A stretch of 64,000 nt of DNA, taken from NCBI GenBank assembly GCA_963703285.1, contig OY969807.1, positions 192,001 through 256,000 on the forward strand, read 5' to 3'. This DNA is from an uncultured Nitrososphaerota archaeon (GTDB lineage Archaea; Thermoproteota; Nitrososphaeria; Nitrososphaerales; Gagatemarchaeaceae). Below the pieces are notes generated by a model. That model searched no databases, was not told the origin of the DNA, and saw nothing but the letters and a program-made list of their open reading frames with translations. Both the position numbers and the translations under genes were made by a program. Numbering within the stretch: position 1 is the first letter of the stretch; every line of letters begins with the position of its first letter. Shown here piece after piece: positions 57,227-64,000 of the stretch.

Positions 57227-57946
57227 TTATTGCGTGCTCTGGATCATGACGCTGATCAGGAGAGCTTGGCTTGGGTTCGACGGTGGACACGTGAGACCGT
57301 TGGTGCTCGCGCACGAGGATGCGACCGGTAGTGCCCCGATCGCTTGCACGACGTTCATGCCGCTGACGACCATCCCAAAGACGGCGTACCCCGAGCCGAG
57401 CGTGGAGGTGTTGTCCTTCAGGTTGATGAAGAATTGGGATGACGCCCCGTCGCCTCCCGGACTGGTGTTGGCCATCGCCACGTAACCCTCTCCCTCCGGC
57501 AGCCCGCTGTTCTCGAAGGGAATGGTCGTCCCCGAGCCTCCCGCACCCCAATCGCTCTCGTCACTCGGGTCACCCCTCGTGTTCGGGTCGCCAGTCTGTA
57601 TGATGAACCCGGCGACGATTCGGTGCCAGACGAGGTCGTTGTAGAACCCCGAGTCCGCGAGCTTGACGAAGTTCGCCACCGTCTGAGGAGCGTCCTGCGG
57701 GTAGAGTTCGATGACTATCGTGCCCTGACTCGTATCGAGCACGGCGTACTCAGGGCTCCCGGGGGAGCTCGATGCGCTGCTCGTGCTAGCGGTCGAGTTC
57801 GTGCCCGTGCCGCTCCCAGCGCTCCGCCCCGCGACCTCGTACACTGCGGCTACAGCCACGACGAGTATCGCGACGACCGCGATGCTTAGGTAGAGGTTGC
57901 GCCGGGATGAACTCTTGGCTCTCCTGGACTTGCGCGCCATAGCCAC
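57227..57946 (-). CDS. Membrane-anchored cyclophilin-type peptidyl-prolyl isomerase
   Basis: N-terminal TM; APQTVANF, HRIVAGFIIQTGDP, SQFFIN, YAVFG. Confidence 0.92.
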   Translation of the reverse strand: MAMARKSRRAKSSSRRNLYLSIAVVAILVVAVAAVYEVAGRSAGSGTGTNSTASTSSASSSPGSPEYAVLDTSQGTIVIELYPQDAPQTVANFVKLADSGFYNDLVWHRIVAGFIIQTGDPNTRGDPSDESDWGAGGSGTTIPFENSGLPEGEGYVAMANTSPGGDGASSQFFINLKDNTSTLGSGYAVFGMVVSGMNVVQAIGALPVASSCASTNGLTCPPSNPSQALLISVMIQSTQ

Positions 57947-58051
57947 CGGTGGCGTTTCAAGGGGAGTTTATTATCGTTCCCCGTCCCGGGACGATTGTTC
58001 GCGAAAAGTCCTTAAGGGGGACGGGCCCGGCTCGGGGAGAATCGATTAGAA

Positions 58052-58219
58052 TTGCCAATAGCCGACTCCACCAAGAAGCAGATCGCCCAGAAGAAGCGAC
58101 TCTTCCTCAAGGTATGTCTCAAGTGCGGCTCGAGGAACCCGCTCGCCGCGACGAGGTGCAGGAAGTGCCACGCGTCGGACCTCCGCCTGAAGAACAGGTC
58201 AGTGGGCCTCAAGAAGTAG
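58052..58219 (+). CDS. rpl40e: 50S ribosomal protein L40e
   Basis: Manual translation MPIADSTKKQIAQKKRLFLKVCLKCGSRNPLAATRCRKCHASDLRLKN; below the ORF-track cutoff. Confidence 0.93.
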   Translation: MPIADSTKKQIAQKKRLFLKVCLKCGSRNPLAATRCRKCHASDLRLKNRSVGLKK

Positions 58220-58264
58220 AACCAAGAGAGTTGGAGGGATTAATCGACGGACGTCTCGTTCGTC

Positions 58265-59113
58265 TTGGGCGCGGGCGTCCTCCTCGGGGTCGTCCAGGGC
58301 ATTAGCGAATGGCTGCCGATCAGCAGCAAGACTCAGATCCTGATAGTCTCCTCCCTCGTCCTGGGCCTCAGCTTCAACGAAGGCTACACGCTTGGTCTGT
58401 TCCTTGAGGTAGGCTCGTTCATCGCCGCCGTCATCTACTTCCGGAGGGAGGTCTGGCTCGTCCTGAGGTCCATCGGGGGACGGGGGACCAGGGAGGGTTT
58501 CCTGCTGCTGAAGTATCTGGTCGTGCTGACGGCGATAACCGCCGTCATTGGGGTTGCGATCTACGTCTCGGTCTCTTCCCTGAACCTGGGTAGCGCCATA
58601 GGCGTCCCCATGATTGTGCTGGGGGCGGTTCTCATCCTCGACGGAGTACTCATCACAGTGTCCCGGTCGAGGTACACCCCCCGCCTGACGCTCGAGACGA
58701 TGAAGCTCCGCGACCTCGTCGCGATAGGGTTCGCCCAGGGACTGTCGGCGTTCCCGGGCGTGAGCCGCTCGGGCGTCACCGTCTCATCCATGCTCCTGCT
58801 GGGCACGGACGGCAAGGACGCGTTCAGGCTGTCCTTCCTCGCCCTGATTCCCGCATCCGTAGGGGCCACGGCCGTGACGGTCCTCTTCTCCCGCCATGAC
58901 ATATCCAGCAGCCTCAGCCTCCTCTCCCCGGCCACCGTCCTGGTGGCCATCGCCGTCACCGCGGTGGTGGGTCTCGCGACCATAAGGTGGCTCCTCCGCG
59001 TAGCCTCCACCGAGAGGATAGCGACGCTCGTCTTCGCTCTGGGCGCGCTCGCCATCCTCGGCGGCCTGCTGGGAGTGGTCTTCGGCGCCTCCGCCGGCGT
59101 CGCCGGGTCGTGA
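58265..59113 (+). CDS. uppP: Undecaprenyl-diphosphatase (UppP/BacA family)
   Basis: GVVQGISEWLPISS and QGLSAFPGVSRSG. Confidence 0.92.
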   Translation: MGAGVLLGVVQGISEWLPISSKTQILIVSSLVLGLSFNEGYTLGLFLEVGSFIAAVIYFRREVWLVLRSIGGRGTREGFLLLKYLVVLTAITAVIGVAIYVSVSSLNLGSAIGVPMIVLGAVLILDGVLITVSRSRYTPRLTLETMKLRDLVAIGFAQGLSAFPGVSRSGVTVSSMLLLGTDGKDAFRLSFLALIPASVGATAVTVLFSRHDISSSLSLLSPATVLVAIAVTAVVGLATIRWLLRVASTERIATLVFALGALAILGGLLGVVFGASAGVAGS

Positions 59114-59273
59114 AGCGCTCGCCAGATGGTCAGGTTCAGTATCCCGATGGATTTCCTGTCCATCACCTTGAGATAGAGCCGGTGCTCGGGTGGGACCTTA
59201 TGGCTCCGGCGAAGGAAGGCCGGACTGGGGGCGGGAAGCCGAAGTGAGCTGCCACACGCACCTTCTTCTTCTT

Positions 59274-60248
59274 TCACTTCAGCGCGATGGGGTTTATCGG
59301 TGACGCGACCGCCTTCGTAAACGGGAGCGGCTGAGCGGCGAGCATGAAGCTGTAGACACCATCCATTGCGCAATCCTCAGCAAGAGCGTCCAAGTCGAAT
59401 ATCTCTCCCAGCGGCATCCCCATGTAGACCAGGGCGACGACGTGAAACGGCAGGTGGACCTCCTTCACTTCGTACGGTTGCACCTCCATCCCCCAGGTGT
59501 CAGTCGCCAGGGCCGAGACCTCATTCTCGCGGAGCCACCTCAGTGCGTCGAGGGCCATTCCTGGCGCGTCGCCGCCCGCGAACTCCCCCCAGCCGGGCTT
59601 GGACATACAGGCCGACATGTGCCCTGTTCGGACGAGGACCATGTCGCCGCGCCGCAACCTCACCCCGTGAGCGCGCGCCGCTTCGTCGAGCATCGCCGAA
59701 TCGATCCCTTCTCCCGGTTCCATCGGCCTCTTCAGCACACGGGCAAGGTCGAGGAGCACCCCCCGTCCGACGAACCCCGTGCGCATGTTGATGATCCCGT
59801 CCTTCTTTGCGCCCGTGCTGCTTATCTCTGAAGCGGGAACCCCGTTGTACAGGATGCCGTTGTGGGAGACGTGCGCCGGGGAGTCCCAGTGCGTCCCTCC
59901 CTGCGTAGGCATCACCACCACCTCGTCGGCCGTCGCCGTCTCCTTGGAGGGCCCCCCGATCCAGTCCTGCGAGTACGCGCCTGTCACGGCATCGCCTCCG
60001 TCCCGCGTCATCAGCAGCATCGGGTTGAACCGCCCCGCCCGTCCCCTCTGGGGCCCGTTCGCGTCGAGCGAGATCGCGAGGGAGAACGCAGTCCCCTTCC
60101 TTACATCGGAGCAGGCCGACTTGACCGCTCGGGCGTCCAGAAAGTTTAGCGTCCCGACCTGGTCGGACCTCCCCCACCTGCGCCAGTTGGTGCTTGCCCT
60201 GATGATCTCCCTGTACTCCCGAAGCGATACCCGCGCTCGCGGTTCCAT
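59274..60248 (-). CDS. Cyclase-family (kynurenine formamidase-like) metal hydrolase
   Basis: NWRRWG..DQVGTLN, GTHWDSPAH, GDMVLVRTG, SPINPIA. Confidence 0.9.
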   Translation of the reverse strand: MEPRARVSLREYREIIRASTNWRRWGRSDQVGTLNFLDARAVKSACSDVRKGTAFSLAISLDANGPQRGRAGRFNPMLLMTRDGGDAVTGAYSQDWIGGPSKETATADEVVVMPTQGGTHWDSPAHVSHNGILYNGVPASEISSTGAKKDGIINMRTGFVGRGVLLDLARVLKRPMEPGEGIDSAMLDEAARAHGVRLRRGDMVLVRTGHMSACMSKPGWGEFAGGDAPGMALDALRWLRENEVSALATDTWGMEVQPYEVKEVHLPFHVVALVYMGMPLGEIFDLDALAEDCAMDGVYSFMLAAQPLPFTKAVASPINPIALK

Positions 60249-60358
60249 GTCGGCCCGGCCCAAGTCTCGGCTTAATAATGCTGACAGGAAGTGCGACGAA
60301 TTGATTCTGGTACCACCGTCGTGATAACTCTTTTACCTGAGCCGGCGGTGATCGGAGC

Positions 60359-60613
60359 ATGAATCAGCTGGTGAGGGTCTACCTGGGGGCAGGGATGGCC
60401 TTCCTCCTCAGCGTCTACGCCATAATGCTCTCGCTCTGGTTCGAGGCAACGCTGAACGGGTCCGTCAACGGGCAGTTCGTGGTGGCGATTGACACCAACG
60501 CGCTCGGGGAGAGCTATCTCGAGCTCGGCCTCCTCTTCCTCTTCCTCCCCGTCGCGGTCTGGGTGTTCACGAGAGGCCTGAGGGGGCTTCTCCGCTCCAG
60601 CGAGGGCCCCTAG
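60359..60613 (+). CDS. Small two-TM membrane protein
   Basis: 84 aa, two hydrophobic helices. Confidence 0.65.
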   Translation: MNQLVRVYLGAGMAFLLSVYAIMLSLWFEATLNGSVNGQFVVAIDTNALGESYLELGLLFLFLPVAVWVFTRGLRGLLRSSEGP

Positions 60614-60782
60614 GGAAGAGCTCTCCATCCAAGGATTTTACGGAACTGACCTCGCAAAGCCTTAAAAGCCGGCAGATGAAGCGTTTATATAGTACCTGCA
60701 TCGGGGCCTCTTTTTGGCGTTCCTTAGGGTGCATTGTCGACTGTTTCTAGGGCGTAGTGTCGATGGGGGTGTCCAAGCCTAG

Positions 60783-61055
60783 ATGGCAAGGACCAAAGCT
60801 AAGAAAGTAGAGGAGGAGCTTCCGTTCAAGATAACGGACCACTTCCTCGTGCCGAAGCACGAGCTGTTGACTCCGGAGGAGGCGAAGGCTATATTGAAGA
60901 AGTACAGCGCGATGCCGCACCAGCTCCCGTTCATATCGTCCACCGACTCCGCGGCGAAGTCGATAGGTGCCAAGGCCGGGGATTTCATCAGGATAACGAG
61001 GAGGAGCGAGACGGCGGGCGAGACCGTCTATTACAGATACGTGGTGGAGGAGTGA
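60783..61055 (+). CDS. rpoH: RNA polymerase subunit Rpo5 (H)
   Basis: HFLVPKHELL...LP.I...RRSETAG...YYRYV. Confidence 0.96.
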   Translation: MARTKAKKVEEELPFKITDHFLVPKHELLTPEEAKAILKKYSAMPHQLPFISSTDSAAKSIGAKAGDFIRITRRSETAGETVYYRYVVEE

Positions 61056-61057
61056 CG

Positions 61058-64000
61058 ATGAGCAAGCAGATGGCGAGGCCGTATGACTCGTGGATTGTCC
61101 TGCAGGACCTCCTCGAGAAGGAGGGAGTGGCGAGGCAGCACCTCAACAGCTACAACGAGTTCATCAGCAAGGGCCTACAGTCGATCATAGACGAGATAGG
61201 GGACGTCGAGATAGAGACCGTGAGCACGCCGTACAAGGTGAAGTTCGGCAAGGTCGAGCTGGGCAGGCCTAGGGTGATCGAGATTGACGGCTCGGTGAGC
61301 AACGTCTTCCCCATGGAGGCGCGGCTCCGGAACCTCTCCTACGCCTCCCCCATCTACCTCGACATGACCATCGAGGAGGAGGGGATGTCCCGCGAGGCCA
61401 CCAGACAGCACATCGGCGACCTCCCCGTCATGGTCAAGTCGGACCTCTGCCAGCTCTCCAAGATGACCAAGGAGCAGCTGATCAACGCCAGCGAGGACCC
61501 GAACGACCCAGGAGGCTACTTCATCATCAACGGGTCCGAGAGGGTCATCGTCGGGCTGGAGGACCTCTCGCCCAACAAGATACTCGTCGACGTCGAGAAG
61601 GCCGGGGGTATCGCCGCCTACAAAGCTCGCGTCTACTCGTCAGTCGTCGGCTACCGCTCCAAGCTCGAGGTCACCCTGAAGCAGGACGGCTCGATCAACG
61701 TCAAGATCCCGTCGTGCCCCGTCGACCTGCCCTTCGTGATAATCATGAGGGCGCTGGGCATCAAGTCGGACAAGGACATAGCCAACGCAGTCTCCCCCAA
61801 GCAGGAGATCCAGGACCTCCTGGAGGTCTCCTTCGACAAGGCGAGCGAGGCCCCCACCGACAAGGACGCGCTCGTCTACATCGGCAACAGGGTCGCCCAC
61901 GGGATGCTCGAGGAGTTCAGGATCAAGAGGGCGCAGTCGATGCTCGACTGGGGCTTCCTTCCCCACCTGGGGAAGGCCGACGACAAGCGGTACGACAAGG
62001 CGATGTTCCTCGGCGAGGCCGTCTGCAAGCTGATGGAGCTCAGGCTCGGCTGGATAGAGCCCGACGACAAGGACCACTACGGGAACAAGGTCATCAAGTT
62101 CGCTGGACAGATGCTCGCCGACCTATTCAGGACCTCTTTCAGGAACCTGGTCAGGGACATGAAGTACCAGCTGGAGAGGGCTGGGCAGAAGCGCGGTGGC
62201 AACGTCGTCGGGGCCGCCATCCGGACCGGCATCATCACGGACAAGCTCAACAACGCGATCGCGACGGGCAACTGGGGCAGGGGTAAGGTCGGAGTCACCC
62301 AGCTCCTCGACAGGACCAACTACCTCTCGACGCTCAGCCACCTCAGGCGGGTCCAGTCGCCGCTGAGCAGGTCCCAGCCCAACTTCGAGGCGAGAGACCT
62401 CCACGCGACACACTTCGGCCGGATCTGCCCCTCGGAGACACCAGAGGGAGTCAACTGCGGCCTAGTCAAGAACCTGGCGCTCTCGGCAACAATCTCCGTC
62501 TCCGTCCCCCCCTCCGAGGTCGAGGAGAGGCTGTGGGAGCTCGGAGCGAAGCCCATCCGGGACATCCCCGACAAGCTGGCGCTCGAGGGCTGCAAGATAT
62601 TCATGGACGGGCGCTTCATAGGATACGTCGACGACGGCGAGCGCCTGGCCAAGGCCTTCAGGAAGCTCAGGAGGGAGGGCCAGATCAACCCGAGCGCCAG
62701 CGTCCTCTTCTACGCCCCTCTGAACAAGAAGGGCTACGCGAGGCTCTACGTCAGCCTCTCGGCCGGGAGGGTCATGCGGCCCCTCATCGTCGCTGAGAAC
62801 GGCAGGCCTCTCCTCACCCAGGAGATGCTCACCAAGGTCGTCGCGGGGGAGCTGACCTGGAGGGACCTCGTGGAGCGCGGCGTCGTCGAGCTCATCGATG
62901 CGAACGAGGAGGAGAACTGCCTGCTCGCGATGTCGCCCGAGGAGATAACCTCGAGGCACACGCACCTCGAGCTATACCCGGGCGCCATGTTCGGCATAGC
63001 AGCCTCCATAATCCCGTACCCCGAGCACAACCAGTCCCCGAGGAACACCTACGAGTCTGCGATGGCGAAGCAGTCCCTGGGCTTCTCCACGCCCACCTAC
63101 CCGCTCTCCACCTTCGTCCGGCAGCACCTGCTCGTCAACCCGCAGTCGCCGATGGTCAAGACCAAGTCGACCGAGCTCCTCAACATCACGGAGCGGCCGT
63201 TCGGCACCAACGCCGTCGTCGCCGTCCTCTCCTTCGAGGGGTACAACATCGAGGACGCGATAATCATGAACCGCTCCTCAATCGAGAGGGGCTTCGCGCG
63301 CTCCTTCTTCTACAGGCTCTACGAGGGCGAGTCGAAGCAGTACCTGGGCGGCATGCGCGACACCTTCGAGGTCCCGTCAGCCGAGTCCAACATCAGGGGG
63401 TACAGGGGCGAGAAGTTCTACAGGCTCCTTGAGGCCGACGGCGTCGTCATGCACGAGTCGCAGGTAACGGGAGGCGATGTCGTCATCGGGAGGACCTCCC
63501 CTCCGAGGTTCATGGAGGAGTACAAGGAGTTCGAGATAAAGGGCCCCTACAGGAGGGACACCTCCGTCTCGGTGCGACCGACGGAGACGGGCGTGGTCGA
63601 CGCCGTCTTCATGACTGAGAACGTAGAGGGCGGGAGGATGTTCAAGGTCAGGGTGAGGGACATGCGCACCCCGGAGATAGGGGACAAGTTCGCGTCCCGC
63701 CACGGGCAGAAGGGGGTCATCGGGCTGGTCGTCCCCCAGGAGGACATGCCCTACACGGCGGACGGGGTGGTCCCCGACGTCATAATCAACCCGCACGCGT
63801 TCCCGTCAAGGATGACCGTGGGGCAGTTCATCGAGTCGATAGCCGGCAAGGCCGCGTCGCTCAGGGGAGTCCCCGCCGACGGGACCGGTTTCGCAGGCGA
63901 GAAGCCCGAGGACCTCGAGAAGATCCTCGAAGAGCGCGGGTTCGAGAAGACGGGGAGGGAGGTCCTCTACGACGGCAAGACGGGGAAGAAGTTCGCCGTC
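61058..64000 (+). CDS. rpoB: RNA polymerase subunit Rpo2 (B), runs off the window
   Basis: RQHLNSYNEF, GGYFIINGSE, CPSETPEG, HNQSPRN, GDKFASRHGQKG, NPHAFPSRMT. Confidence 0.97.
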   Translation, partial: MSKQMARPYDSWIVLQDLLEKEGVARQHLNSYNEFISKGLQSIIDEIGDVEIETVSTPYKVKFGKVELGRPRVIEIDGSVSNVFPMEARLRNLSYASPIYLDMTIEEEGMSREATRQHIGDLPVMVKSDLCQLSKMTKEQLINASEDPNDPGGYFIINGSERVIVGLEDLSPNKILVDVEKAGGIAAYKARVYSSVVGYRSKLEVTLKQDGSINVKIPSCPVDLPFVIIMRALGIKSDKDIANAVSPKQEIQDLLEVSFDKASEAPTDKDALVYIGNRVAHGMLEEFRIKRAQSMLDWGFLPHLGKADDKRYDKAMFLGEAVCKLMELRLGWIEPDDKDHYGNKVIKFAGQMLADLFRTSFRNLVRDMKYQLERAGQKRGGNVVGAAIRTGIITDKLNNAIATGNWGRGKVGVTQLLDRTNYLSTLSHLRRVQSPLSRSQPNFEARDLHATHFGRICPSETPEGVNCGLVKNLALSATISVSVPPSEVEERLWELGAKPIRDIPDKLALEGCKIFMDGRFIGYVDDGERLAKAFRKLRREGQINPSASVLFYAPLNKKGYARLYVSLSAGRVMRPLIVAENGRPLLTQEMLTKVVAGELTWRDLVERGVVELIDANEEENCLLAMSPEEITSRHTHLELYPGAMFGIAASIIPYPEHNQSPRNTYESAMAKQSLGFSTPTYPLSTFVRQHLLVNPQSPMVKTKSTELLNITERPFGTNAVVAVLSFEGYNIEDAIIMNRSSIERGFARSFFYRLYEGESKQYLGGMRDTFEVPSAESNIRGYRGEKFYRLLEADGVVMHESQVTGGDVVIGRTSPPRFMEEYKEFEIKGPYRRDTSVSVRPTETGVVDAVFMTENVEGGRMFKVRVRDMRTPEIGDKFASRHGQKGVIGLVVPQEDMPYTADGVVPDVIINPHAFPSRMTVGQFIESIAGKAASLRGVPADGTGFAGEKPEDLEKILEERGFEKTGREVLYDGKTGKKFAV

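Overview
GC-rich archaeal DNA. The histone, Alba, ESCRT-III/Vps4, TFB, rpo5-rpo2, deoxyhypusine synthase, L40e and intron-containing tRNA fit a non-ammonia-oxidising Nitrososphaerota/TACK lineage (inference). Most of the window is backbone: cysS, ileS, aspS, sucCD, hppA, an A1-type heme-copper oxidase cluster, a type IV pilus/HerA/TFB locus and the start of the RNA polymerase operon. The standout is 1301-13147. The 3' end of tRNA-Glu(CTC) (TCCCGCCCGGGGCATC) occurs three times in direct orientation and brackets two unrelated cargo blocks of about 3.8 kb and 7.9 kb. The blocks share a conserved ~100-bp left end and a ~25-bp right end, both built from inverted tRNA T-arm-like motifs, and I see no integrase in either. 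This looks like a tandem, integron-like array of non-autonomous cassettes at a tRNA, carrying redox cargo: a polytopic 4Fe-4S membrane protein and a Tat-exported PaoABC-like molybdoenzyme with atypical active-site loops. Other notable items are a 305-bp perfect repeat encoding an identical blue-copper domain in two oxidase-cluster genes, a free-standing LAGLIDADG gene beside tRNA-Cys, and a palindrome in the divergent trmB/ESCRT-III promoter. All product calls come from motif recognition by eye, not database searches.
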